64,000 nt of DNA from an uncultured delta proteobacterium (lineage in GTDB: Bacteria; Desulfobacterota; Binatia; Binatales; Binataceae): contig CAVXXK010000006.1 of NCBI GenBank assembly GCA_963765675.1, forward strand, positions 461,656-525,655, read 5' to 3'. Of the stretch, positions 10,736-20,017 are shown one piece after another. Each line of letters opens with the position of its first letter. Within the stretch, counting starts at the first letter, position 1. The translations under genes were made by a program, and so were the position numbers. Below the pieces are notes generated by a model. It was not told the DNA's origin. It was given only the letters and a program-made list of their open reading frames with translations, and did not search any database.

Positions 10736-11785
10736 ATGGCTAAGCGGATGACCTATAAATCGGCCGGCGTCGATATCGAGCTGAAACAGGCGCTGGTGCC
10801 GATGTTCCGCGCGATCGCGCGGCCTACTTCCGCCGGGCGCTCGGGCGCTCACGTGATCGGCGATATCGGCGGGTTTGGCGCGATGGTGGCGCTCAACGGA
10901 GCGCGCAAGATGCGCAACCCGATCCTGGTTTCCGGCACCGACAGCGTCGGCACCAAGCTCAAGATCGCATTCGCAACCGGACGCCACGACACCGTAGGGA
11001 TCGATTGCGTCGCGATGTGCGTAAACGACATCATCTGCCACGCCGCGCGGCCGATGTTCTTCCTCGATTACATCGGGATTGGAAAACTCAAAAAAGAGAC
11101 CGCGCTCGAAATCGTCAAAGGCGTCGCGCGCGGATGCGAGCTTGCGGGTGCGAGCCTGGTTGGCGGCGAAACTTGCCAGGCGGGCGATCTCTACAAACCC
11201 GGCGAATACGACCTCGCGGGCTTCGCGGTCGGAATCGTCGAGCGCGCATCGATTCCCGATCCGCGCAAGATCCGCGCGGGCGACGCGGTGATCGCGATCG
11301 CGTCCAATGGGATGCATTCCAACGGATTCTCATTGGCGCGGATGGTGCTGCTCGAGCGCGGTAAGCTCCGGCTTGGCGCGAGAATCACCGAGCTCGGATG
11401 CACGCTCGGCGAAGAGCTGCTCCGCCCGACGCTCATATACGCGCGCGCAGTGGGTGAATTGTTCGATCACTTCCGGATAAAGGGGCTTGCGAATATAACT
11501 GGCGGCGGCGTGATTGAGAATCTGCCGCGCGTGATGCCGGATGGCGTCTCAGCGGTCCTCGAACGCGGCGCATGGCCGGTGCCGCCAATCTTCGACCTGA
11601 TTCAGCGCACGGGAAAGATCACGCAGCGCGAGATGGATCGGACTTTCAACAACGGAATCGGGATGGCGGCGATCGTCGCCGCGTCAGACGCCGACGCCGT
11701 GATCGCGTCGTTGCGCCGCCACAAGCACGATGCATACGTCGCGGGCGAGATTCGCCGTGGCACGCGCGAGGTCTCGTTTGCCTGA
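10736..11785 (+). CDS. purM: Phosphoribosylformylglycinamidine cyclo-ligase
   Basis: YKSAGVDI, GTD.VGTK, GIDCVAMCVND, GGET, HSNGFSL, ITGGG. Confidence 0.96.
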   Translation: MAKRMTYKSAGVDIELKQALVPMFRAIARPTSAGRSGAHVIGDIGGFGAMVALNGARKMRNPILVSGTDSVGTKLKIAFATGRHDTVGIDCVAMCVNDIICHAARPMFFLDYIGIGKLKKETALEIVKGVARGCELAGASLVGGETCQAGDLYKPGEYDLAGFAVGIVERASIPDPRKIRAGDAVIAIASNGMHSNGFSLARMVLLERGKLRLGARITELGCTLGEELLRPTLIYARAVGELFDHFRIKGLANITGGGVIENLPRVMPDGVSAVLERGAWPVPPIFDLIQRTGKITQREMDRTFNNGIGMAAIVAASDADAVIASLRRHKHDAYVAGEIRRGTREVSFA

Positions 11786-11813
11786 CGCCCAGCGCATCGT
11801 CTCTCGCGAACCC

Positions 11814-12464
11814 GTGAAGCTGGGCATCGTGATTTCGGGCGCGGGAACCAACCTGCAGGCGATTATCGACGCGATCGCGAGCGGCGCTCTGCGCGCGGAA
11901 ATCCGTATCGTGCTCTCGAACCGTGCGGCTGCCGCAGGCCTCGAGCGTGCGCGCAAGGCCGGTATCGCGGCGCATGTGATCGACCATCGCAAGTTCTCCA
12001 CGCGGGAGGATTTCGATAGAGCAGTCCTCGCCCTGATGCGCGAGCACTCGGTCGAGCTGGTCGTATGCGCCGGCTTCATGCGCCTGTTCTCTTCGGTGAT
12101 GCTCGAAGCGTTTCCGAACCGCATCCTCAATACTCACAACGCGCTCCTGCCGTCGTTCCCCGGAATCCACGGACCGCGCGACGCGATCGAGTATGGTGTG
12201 AAGATCGCGGGATGCACCGTCTTTTTCGTGACCGACGGCACCGACACCGGCCCGGTCATAATTCAGGCGGCAGTACCTGTCGAGCCCACCGACGACGAAG
12301 AGCGCCTGGCCGAGCGCATCAAGGCCGCGGAGCATCGTATCCTGCCCGAGGCGATTCGCCTCTATCAGGAAGGCAGGCTCGAAGTATCGGGCCGCAAGGT
12401 GATCATTCGCGGCCACGCCGCGACGCCTCCGGACGCGACCCTGATTGTTCCGCCCATCAAGTGA
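11814..12464 (+). CDS. purN: Phosphoribosylglycinamide formyltransferase
   Basis: ISGAGTNLQAI, AGFMR, LLPSFPG, GCTV.FV....DTGP.I.Q; follows purM. Start could be TTG 11778. Confidence 0.93.
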   Translation: MKLGIVISGAGTNLQAIIDAIASGALRAEIRIVLSNRAAAAGLERARKAGIAAHVIDHRKFSTREDFDRAVLALMREHSVELVVCAGFMRLFSSVMLEAFPNRILNTHNALLPSFPGIHGPRDAIEYGVKIAGCTVFFVTDGTDTGPVIIQAAVPVEPTDDEERLAERIKAAEHRILPEAIRLYQEGRLEVSGRKVIIRGHAATPPDATLIVPPIK

Positions 12465-12529
12465 CGTTGGTTGCGGTCTGGACTGCGCGTTTGATCCCTA
12501 TAAGAATATGCACAGGAAGGAATGTCGCC

Positions 12530-12784
12530 GTGGCAAAAGTTGAAATCTACACTACCAGTTCTTGCCCCTTCTGTGTTCGAGCCAAGAGTCTGCTCAAGAG
12601 CAAGGGCGTTCCGTACACTGAGATCGACGTGACCGACGACGATGCGATGCGCGAGAAGATGGTCGAGTTGTCGGGCGGGCGCCGCACGGTTCCCGAAATT
12701 TTCGTAAACGGCGCGATCGTAGGCGGCTACGACGAGCTCCGCGCCCTGAACGATCGAGGCGAGCTGGACAAGCTCCTCGCCTAA
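12530..12784 (+). CDS. grxC: Glutaredoxin 3
   Basis: CPFC active site, RTVP.IF, GGYDEL. Confidence 0.92.
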   Translation: MAKVEIYTTSSCPFCVRAKSLLKSKGVPYTEIDVTDDDAMREKMVELSGGRRTVPEIFVNGAIVGGYDELRALNDRGELDKLLA

Positions 12785-12847
12785 CCCGCCTGATTCTTCG
12801 CCCCCTGCCTCATTCCTCGCGCTGAAAGAGAGCCATCGGAAGAAGTC

Positions 12848-12890
12848 AAAAATAAAACGGGCGGCTTCGGATGCCTCCGAGACCGCCCGC
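12848..12890 (-). terminator. Intrinsic terminator for the minus-strand lipoprotein gene
   Basis: Stem GGGCGG..TCGGA / TCCGA..CCGCCC preceded on + by AAAAATAAAA (U-tract on minus strand). Confidence 0.6.
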
Positions 12891-12914
12891 TGATTTGCGC
12901 TGCTCGAATTCTGA

Positions 12915-13358
12915 TCAGTCTCCGCTGGGCGAGGCCACCAAGCCTTCGTTCATGTGGTGTAGCGCTTCGCGATCTTGCGTCGAGTCGTAGGCTATCGCCT
13001 GCGCCGTGACTGTGACCTGCGAGCCGTCGGCGGAGACGTTGCTGTCCTCTTTGATGATCGCGTCGATCGTGTCAGGCCACTTGGTGTACGCAATCTTCTT
13101 GAGCTTTTCTTTCATCTCGGCCGCGTCGATTGCGTCGGGCGTGAACGGCACCGTGTATGAAATTGGACCGAGCACCGTATAGGGCTTTCCCGGAGGCGCG
13201 TCGCCTGTAGTCACCCAGATGTGCGCATAGTCGACGCGCGTAACAAACGCCTGTTTTTTTGCTTCTTCGGCCTGGCGCTGTGCCTCGACAACGCCGCAAG
13301 CCGACAGCGTGAGGGCAAGTCCAATTAACGCCAATTTCGAAAGAGTGGATGAACGCAT
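12915..13358 (-). CDS. Hypothetical lipoprotein
   Basis: Signal peptide with lipobox LSAC. Confidence 0.75.
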   Translation of the reverse strand: MRSSTLSKLALIGLALTLSACGVVEAQRQAEEAKKQAFVTRVDYAHIWVTTGDAPPGKPYTVLGPISYTVPFTPDAIDAAEMKEKLKKIAYTKWPDTIDAIIKEDSNVSADGSQVTVTAQAIAYDSTQDREALHHMNEGLVASPSGD

Positions 13359-13579
13359 CGTATGATCCCCGTGTATTTCCCGTTATGTCCCCATCAGCCG
13401 GAATAATTTCATTATAATGCGATCCGCCCCGCTTTTGTACAGTCTGTCGAGCGGGTCGTGGACACGAATAGCTTTATTCCACTTAGCAGGGCCGGTCTGC
13501 AAACCCGCGCGCCGCTGTCCGAAAAAAACAGCGCCTAACCCTCCTTTGGGAATCGGGCCGGCGCGGCTATGATGCGCGC

Positions 13580-14416
13580 GTGACCAAATTCGCCGCCTGT
13601 TTCCTCCTCGTGTTCGGCGAGCTCGCTTTTGGCGGGATGTTCGCGCTCGCGATACCACCCTTCTTCAAAATCGAGCGCGGATTTTACAAATCCAGCGGCG
13701 GAGTTTACTTGGGCTCGGGACTCGTGACGGGAATCGGTCTTGCGATGCTGGCCTCGCGCGGGGCTCATCATCCGGGGCAGCCCGCAGTGATCGCGATGTG
13801 GATCGCCGCGGCGCTATGGTTCAGCTTCTCGATCGCGGGCGCCCTGTATGTCGCGAGCTTGTGGACTGATCTGGGGCAGCTTCGCGCCCGCGCGTACACT
13901 GCCACGCTCGTGATTGGGCTGGTCGCCGTGATCGCGACCGTGATGCTCCTGAAGCCGGCGGACTTCGGCGCGATCGCGGCCGTCACCTACGCCATCACGG
14001 CAATCACTTCTTCGCTGATGCTGGGACTGGTCAGCGCGGGAATGATGTTCGGGCATTGGTATCTGATCGATCCGAATCTGCCGGTCGAATATCTGAGCTC
14101 GATCGTGCGAATGCTCGCAATCGCCCTGTGGGCTGACCTGGCCGCGCTGCTCCTCGCGCTAGGAGCTCTCGCGGTGGCGGGAGGCGCGCCCCAAGCCGCG
14201 GTCGCATCGTTGATCGAATCTCACACTATGCTGCTCGTCGCTCGGATCGTCCTCGGACCGGTCGCGACGCTAATCCTCACCTGGATGACCTGGCAGACGC
14301 TCAAGGTGCCGCAGACGATGGCGGCGACGGGGTTGCTGTATATCGCGGTGATGGCGGCGATAGTCGGCGAGATGCTCGGCCGGTTCATCCTGTTCCGCAC
14401 GGCAGTGCCGCTGTAA
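13580..14416 (+). CDS. Polytopic membrane protein of unknown function
   Basis: About 8 hydrophobic segments; GHWYL and MAATGLLY motifs. Confidence 0.75.
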   Translation: MTKFAACFLLVFGELAFGGMFALAIPPFFKIERGFYKSSGGVYLGSGLVTGIGLAMLASRGAHHPGQPAVIAMWIAAALWFSFSIAGALYVASLWTDLGQLRARAYTATLVIGLVAVIATVMLLKPADFGAIAAVTYAITAITSSLMLGLVSAGMMFGHWYLIDPNLPVEYLSSIVRMLAIALWADLAALLLALGALAVAGGAPQAAVASLIESHTMLLVARIVLGPVATLILTWMTWQTLKVPQTMAATGLLYIAVMAAIVGEMLGRFILFRTAVPL

Positions 14417-14460
14417 AGGCGCTTTTCCTGCGCGAGCGCGGATGCTTTACTCGATAGACG

Positions 14461-14754
14461 GTGGCCGACGAATTCGACAGCGAGCGTTTTCCGGGCAATT
14501 TCTACCAGGGGATGATCCTGCGCCTGGACCGCGCGCGCGGCCGCGGTATCGTGCGCTCCCACAGCGGACGCGAGGTCGAGTTCGAGTTTCCCTACGTCCA
14601 GGTGATCGGTGCGGGCCTTGGCGGCAGGATGCCGGGGATCGAGTTGCTGAACGAAGGTGACGTTATCGGCTTCGATGTGGGTTGGACCTCGAAGGGCCTG
14701 CGCGTCACGACTCTGCGCCCCCGCGCCGGCGCCGAACGGCCCCGCGAGAGGTAA
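14461..14754 (+). CDS. Small cold-shock/OB-fold-like protein
   Basis: YQG.I......RGRGIVRS..G.EV.F and L.EGD.IGFDV pattern resembles CSD strands. Confidence 0.6.
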   Translation: MADEFDSERFPGNFYQGMILRLDRARGRGIVRSHSGREVEFEFPYVQVIGAGLGGRMPGIELLNEGDVIGFDVGWTSKGLRVTTLRPRAGAERPRER

Positions 14755-14757
14755 TCC

Positions 14758-15402
14758 TCACGCCAACGGGCGCTTGCGCTGGAACATCCGCCACATCCGC
14801 ACGCCGAGCGGAAAGATCTCGCCCATCACCTCGTAACCCTTGCTCGAATAGTAGGCGACGTTGGCCTCGGTCGCGGTCTCGAGGTACACGCCCGCCACGT
14901 CGGTGCGCTCCGCGGCCATAACGCGCAGATGCTCGAGCAGCGCCTGTCCGCAGTGTTTACGCTGATACTCCGGATCGACGCCGAGAAGATTCAGGTACAG
15001 ATGCGGCTCGCGAGGATGATTGCGCGCAAGCACGTCCATGAGCTGAACCGAGCGGCGGAGTCCGCCCCACCCCACTGCGGAGACGATTCGCGGCACGTTC
15101 GGCAATCCAAAGGCCAGAAACGTCGCCATCGAGGTGTAACCCGCGCCCTCGACGACCGCGGCGCCGACCACCTTGCCCTCGTCGAGGATTCCGAACACCG
15201 GCTGTCCCATCCGGCGCTGAATCGAGAGTACGGCGCGAAACAGGCCGGTCAACCGTGTGGCGCGAGCCGCCGGATCGGTGACGTCGGGCAAAATCGCAAC
15301 CAGCGGCGGGTCGTTGATAAACGCCCGTCCCAGCGCGACGGCGGCCTGCGGATACTGTTCAGGGAAAATGAACGAGACGCGCGGTTTCGAGTCCAAAGCC
15401 AT
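14758..15402 (-). CDS. GNAT N-acetyltransferase
   Basis: HLYLNLLGVDPEYQRKHCG, YLETATEANVAYY...GYEV. Confidence 0.88.
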   Translation of the reverse strand: MALDSKPRVSFIFPEQYPQAAVALGRAFINDPPLVAILPDVTDPAARATRLTGLFRAVLSIQRRMGQPVFGILDEGKVVGAAVVEGAGYTSMATFLAFGLPNVPRIVSAVGWGGLRRSVQLMDVLARNHPREPHLYLNLLGVDPEYQRKHCGQALLEHLRVMAAERTDVAGVYLETATEANVAYYSSKGYEVMGEIFPLGVRMWRMFQRKRPLA

Positions 15403-15481
15403 AGCCGATCACGATACACGATCGGCAGACCGCGCGCCGCAGGTGCCCGACAGAAAAAGCTCGCGATTATTTCGCTGCGAA

Positions 15482-15823
15482 CTACTGCGACACCGGCATC
15501 TGCGAAGTGCCGGTCAGCGTGAAGCTGTTGTTGGCGCCCTTGGGCAAGATGAATGAGAACAGCTTGAATGGATACGGACGGGTAATCACGACCTTCGCGT
15601 CGATTCCGGAAGGAATCTTGTTGTCAGTCGGAAACGTTACGGTGACATCGGCGGTGCTGAGTCCGAGGTTGGTCGCGGCCGTCATCGCCGCGGTTTGGAT
15701 CGCGCTCTTATCGGCGGCGATGATGCTCGCCGAGCCTGTTCCCTCTCCATGCACGATTGCGGCGCGAGTGCCCTCGCGCGCGGCCTCGCAAACCGTGTTG
15801 TAGGCTAGCATCAGCTCCGCCAC
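15482..15823 (-). pseudogene. TadE-like pseudopilin lacking N-terminal prepilin/TM segment
   Basis: YNTVCEAAREGTRAAIVHG TadE motif; in-frame TGA six codons upstream of the GTG; no G-x4-E leader. Confidence 0.6.
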
Positions 15824-16005
15824 CTGAGGTAAGACTGTTCAAATCAGGCGGAAATTGGGGCTCTTTTTGATAGTAAACGACATTTCGCGGCTTTTTTGAT
15901 CCTCACGGATCGAGGTCCGGAGGCCGTCCGGTCGCGTGTGTGCCAAAAAACCCTGTGGCTATGCCGAAATAATTCGTGGCTGCGATGCAACCCGCAGGTT
16001 CAGTG

Positions 16006-17490
16006 TCAGCCGTGCGACAGGACGCGTTTCACTGCCTGATGCCATCCGTCGATTAGGCGATCGCGCTCGTCGGAGCGCATCCGCGGCTCGAAGATTTTGG
16101 CGCCTCGGTGAAACACCTCCAGATCGCTCTGCGACGGCCATAGCCCCGACGCCATCCCTGCCAGCATCGCGGCGCCGAGCGCGGTGGTCTCGGTCATAGC
16201 GGGTCGCCGCACAGGTTTGCCCAGGATGTCGGCCTGAAATTGCATCAGATAGGGATTGGCGGCGGCGCCGCCGTCGGCGCGCAGTTCGGACATCGGACGC
16301 CCGGTGTCGTTCTCCATCGCAACGATCACGTCGAGCACCTGATAGGCGATACTGTCGAGCGCGGCGCGCACGATATCGGCGCGGGTGGTGCCGCGAGTGA
16401 TCCCGACAATCGCCCCGCGCGCTGCGGGGTCCCAATGAGGAGCACCCAATCCAACGAAGGCAGGCACCAGGTAGGGTTGCGAACGGTCACGGCTCTTGCG
16501 CGCGAGCTGCAGACTCTGGGAAGCCTTGCGGATAAGCCCCAGACCGTCGCGCAGCCATTGGATCGCCGCGCCGGCGATAAACACCGAGCCCTCGAGCGCA
16601 TAGGCGGGTGCACCTTCGGGGCCGAGCGCGGCGGTAGTCAGCAGGCGGCTGTGCGAGGCGACTTGCTCGCGTCCGGTGTTCATCAGCAGGAAGGCACCCG
16701 TCCCGTACGTCGCTTTCGAATCGCCGGGGTTCACGGCGCCCTGCCCGAACAGCGCGGACTGCTGATCCCCGATCACCGCCGCGATCGGCATTGCGCGCGG
16801 TCCGATCGTGCCCGCCGCCGCTTCCGCCAAAGGACCGCGCGAACTCACCGGCGCCGGCAGCATCGCGCGCGGAACCTCGAGCATCGCGAGCATCTCGTCG
16901 TCCCAATCCAGCCGGGCGAGGTTAAGGAGCATCGTGCGCGAGGCGTTGGTGTAGTCGGTAACGAAATCCGCGCCGCGCGAGAGCCGGAAAATCAGCCACG
17001 TGTCGATCGTACCGAAGCACAGCTCGCCGCGCTCAGCGCGACTTCGTAGCTCGGGACGATTATCGAGCAGCCACTTGAGCTTGGTTCCGGAGAAATAGGG
17101 GTCGAGCAGCAGGCCCGTGCGCCGGACGACCTCGCTCTCGCGCTCGCGCATCGCGTCGCAGATCTCGGCGCTGCGGCGGCATTGCCAGACGATCGCGCGC
17201 GCGACGGGCTTGGCGCTCTTGCGCTCCCATACCACGAAGGTCTCGCGCTGATTGGTGATTCCGATTGCTCGGATATCGGCGGCCTTTGCGCGCGCCTTCG
17301 CAATCGCCGATTTCGAGAGCGTGAGCGTGGTGCGGTAGATCTCTTCGGCGTCATGCTCGACCCATCCGGGGTGCGGATAGAACTGCCTAATCTCGCGGTA
17401 GGCGCGACCGCGGATTTTGCCGCGCGCATCGATCACGAAGACCGTCGTGCCGGTGGTTCCCTGGTCGATTGCAAGAATGAGGTCAGCCAT
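16006..17490 (-). CDS. glpK: Glycerol kinase
   Basis: AIDQGTT, GWVEHDAEEI, GITNQRET, AIVWQCRR, DPYFSGTK, GDQQSALFGQ, KATYGTGAF, DGGA..N. Confidence 0.96.
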   Translation of the reverse strand: MADLILAIDQGTTGTTVFVIDARGKIRGRAYREIRQFYPHPGWVEHDAEEIYRTTLTLSKSAIAKARAKAADIRAIGITNQRETFVVWERKSAKPVARAIVWQCRRSAEICDAMRERESEVVRRTGLLLDPYFSGTKLKWLLDNRPELRSRAERGELCFGTIDTWLIFRLSRGADFVTDYTNASRTMLLNLARLDWDDEMLAMLEVPRAMLPAPVSSRGPLAEAAAGTIGPRAMPIAAVIGDQQSALFGQGAVNPGDSKATYGTGAFLLMNTGREQVASHSRLLTTAALGPEGAPAYALEGSVFIAGAAIQWLRDGLGLIRKASQSLQLARKSRDRSQPYLVPAFVGLGAPHWDPAARGAIVGITRGTTRADIVRAALDSIAYQVLDVIVAMENDTGRPMSELRADGGAAANPYLMQFQADILGKPVRRPAMTETTALGAAMLAGMASGLWPSQSDLEVFHRGAKIFEPRMRSDERDRLIDGWHQAVKRVLSHG

Positions 17491-17569
17491 CGCGCGCCCT
17501 CGAACGCTGAGCGCCCTTGTACCGCGCGCGAAGCAGCGCGGGCAATGGGAGAGCAATACTCAAAGAAGG

Positions 17570-17630
17570 CGGCCACGCAGACACTAAGACACGAAGAAGA
17601 TCTGTTTGTGCCTTCGTGTCTTCGTGGCCG
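17570..17630. repeat. Palindromic element of 8-bp CAC(N)AAG(A/G) units, copy 1
   Basis: CGGCCACGCAGACACTAAGACACGAAG ... TTTGTGCCTTCGTGTCTTCGTGGCCG; related copies at 45643 and 53412. Confidence 0.75.
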
Positions 17631-17736
17631 ATTGATTTTTTCGGCAGTGGCATAATGCAACCTGCTTGCGTCGCGGCTAGTCCGGCGACATGATAGGCGC
17701 GCTTGGCGGATGGGCCTCTTTCAGGAGCCGATTGGT

Positions 17737-19101
17737 ATGTCTGAACTGGTGGAAAAAAAAGAGGACCTGATACGCTATTTCGAGTCGGGATCAAAGCCAC
17801 AAGAACAGTGGCGGGTGGGCTCCGAATACGAGAAAGTCGCGGTCTCGGCGCGCGATGGACGCGCCCTGCCCTTCTCCGGCCCGGCCGGCGTCGAGGCGAT
17901 CCTTAAGCTTCTAGCCGAACGCCACGGCTACGAGCCCGAGGACGAGCACGGCAGGATTCTCGCGCTCAAGACTCCGCATGCTTCGATTACGATCGAGCCG
18001 GGCGGGCAGATCGAGCTATCGGGCGAGCAGTGCGAGACGATCCACTGCGCGTACCGGGAATTCTCCGAGCATCACGAGCAGTTGGTCGACGCCGCGCGCG
18101 AAGTCGGCGGGGCGATCCTCGGCCTCGGGATGCAGCCCGTGAGCAAGTTCGACGAAATCGAGCTTCTGCCCAAGGCCCGCTACCACATCATGTATCCGTA
18201 TATGGCGCGCAAGGGGACGCTCGGCCAGCGGATGATGAAGCAGACCGCCGGGGTGCAGTCGAACCTCGATTACAAGAATGAAGCCGACGCGATGCGCAAG
18301 CTGCGCGTCAGCATGGGAATCGTGCCGATTCTCTACGCGATCTTCGCCAACTCTCCCCTGTGCGACGGCGGCCTCAACGGCTACCAGAGCTTTCGCGGCC
18401 ATATCTGGAGCGACACCGACCGCGATCGCTGCGGAACGCCCGAGTTCACGATGCGCGAGGATTCATCGTTCGACGACTACGCCGAGTACGCACTCGACGT
18501 GCCGATGTATTTTCTGATCCGCAACCACGAATATATCGATCTGACCCGCCCTCCCGGCATCACCTTTCGCCGCTATATGAAAGACGGATGGAACGGGCAG
18601 CGCGCGAGCCTCGAGGATTGGGCCAATCACCTGACGACGATCTTCACCGAGGTGCGGCTCAAGAATTATATCGAGGTCCGCACCGCCGACAGCCAGCCAC
18701 CCGCCCTGATGCTGGCGCTGCCGGCGCTGCTCAAGGGGATACTGTATAGCGACGATTGCCTGGGCGGCGCGTGGGACCTGGTCAAACGATGGAGCTACGG
18801 CGAACGGCTGGAACTCACCGCCGAGGCGCAGCGAATTGGGCTCGAGGCGCGGGCCGGACGCCAGCGCCTTAGCGAGATCGCAAACGAGCTGCTGAAGATC
18901 GCGGCCACCGGTCTCGAGCGCGCGCACGCATTGAATAATCGCGGCGAGGATGAGAGCATCTACCTGCTCCGCACGATGGAGATGGTTCATCAGGGGCTGA
19001 CCCCGGCGAGCCTGACGATCGCGCAGTGGAAGGGGCAGTGGAACTATGACGTGCGGCGGATGGTTGAAGGCACGGCCTACGAAGCGCGGGCGCTGAAGTA
19101 A
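17737..19101 (+). CDS. gshA: Glutamate--cysteine ligase (plant/alphaproteobacterial type)
   Basis: WRVGSEYEK, ITIEPGGQIELSG, PK.RY.IM, MM.QTA.VQ.NLD, AIFANSP, IW.DTD.DR.G, HLTTIFTEVRLK. Confidence 0.92.
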   Translation: MSELVEKKEDLIRYFESGSKPQEQWRVGSEYEKVAVSARDGRALPFSGPAGVEAILKLLAERHGYEPEDEHGRILALKTPHASITIEPGGQIELSGEQCETIHCAYREFSEHHEQLVDAAREVGGAILGLGMQPVSKFDEIELLPKARYHIMYPYMARKGTLGQRMMKQTAGVQSNLDYKNEADAMRKLRVSMGIVPILYAIFANSPLCDGGLNGYQSFRGHIWSDTDRDRCGTPEFTMREDSSFDDYAEYALDVPMYFLIRNHEYIDLTRPPGITFRRYMKDGWNGQRASLEDWANHLTTIFTEVRLKNYIEVRTADSQPPALMLALPALLKGILYSDDCLGGAWDLVKRWSYGERLELTAEAQRIGLEARAGRQRLSEIANELLKIAATGLERAHALNNRGEDESIYLLRTMEMVHQGLTPASLTIAQWKGQWNYDVRRMVEGTAYEARALK

Positions 19102-20015
19102 TGGAATTCAGGCTCAACCAGCGGCATCTGGTCGCGATCAATTTTCTTTTGATTGCGGCAATCGCGTTTTTTGCCGCGCGCGCGGTCAACCAATTTATCG
19201 CACAGAGCATGGTGACGAATCCCATGGCCGCAACAGTCGGCGTCGGACATCATGATAACCTCGTCCACGGACGCGACTTCTATGACAGTATCGTCAAGCG
19301 CGACGTGTTCAACCTGGTTCCACAGGCGGCTCCGGCCGAACCGGCGCTGACCGCGATCGATCTGCACCTGAAGCTGCTCGGCACCTCGACCGCGGAGAAG
19401 CAGGGGCCGTTCGCGATCGTCGAGGATCAGCAAGGCGACCAGTCGCTGTATCACCTCGACGACGATATTCCCGACGCGGGCCGCCTAATCTCGATCGAAA
19501 AGAACCGCGCGATTATCGAGCACGGCACCCAGCACGTCGCGATCGAAATTCCCAAAGACGATTTGCCCGACGGGGTCCAGGCGCCGGTCCGTCCCGCACA
19601 GCGGCCCAGCTTCCGGCCGTTGGCCACGTTGCGCGGACTCAGGGGCGCCAAGTCCGACTCGCCGATGCCGGATATCGATGTCGACGACGAAGGCGACAAC
19701 AAGTACGGCCTCAAGCGCGCCGACGTTCGGATCGCGCTGGCTCATTCCGGCGAGCTCGCCAGCCAGATCAAGGCGACTCCCAACATGGATGGCAACACGC
19801 AAAACGGCTACTCGCTTACCGACATCGAATCCGGCTCGTTGTTCGATGACCTGGGGCTCGAGGATGGCGACGTGCTGACGGAAATCAACGGCCGTCCGGT
19901 AAACAACCCTGCGGCCGCGGCGGGGATGCTGGCGACGCTGCAGATGCGGCCGTCGATCGACATCACAGTCCAGCGCGACGGCCATCCGGTTCAACTTCAC
20001 TACGACATTCACTGA
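19101..20015 (+). CDS. gspC: Type II secretion protein GspC (TM, HR and PDZ domains)
   Basis: N-terminal TM, RDVFN, LKLLGT..AIVED...Q.LY HR domain, C-terminal PDZ (LGLEDGDVL.EING). Confidence 0.78.
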   Translation: MEFRLNQRHLVAINFLLIAAIAFFAARAVNQFIAQSMVTNPMAATVGVGHHDNLVHGRDFYDSIVKRDVFNLVPQAAPAEPALTAIDLHLKLLGTSTAEKQGPFAIVEDQQGDQSLYHLDDDIPDAGRLISIEKNRAIIEHGTQHVAIEIPKDDLPDGVQAPVRPAQRPSFRPLATLRGLRGAKSDSPMPDIDVDDEGDNKYGLKRADVRIALAHSGELASQIKATPNMDGNTQNGYSLTDIESGSLFDDLGLEDGDVLTEINGRPVNNPAAAAGMLATLQMRPSIDITVQRDGHPVQLHYDIH

Positions 20016-20017
20016 GC

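Noticed and set aside
15940-15960. Possible sigma54 promoter (TGGCAC on minus strand) upstream of the tadE fragment
   Set aside because: The -12 TTGC element is missing at the required spacing
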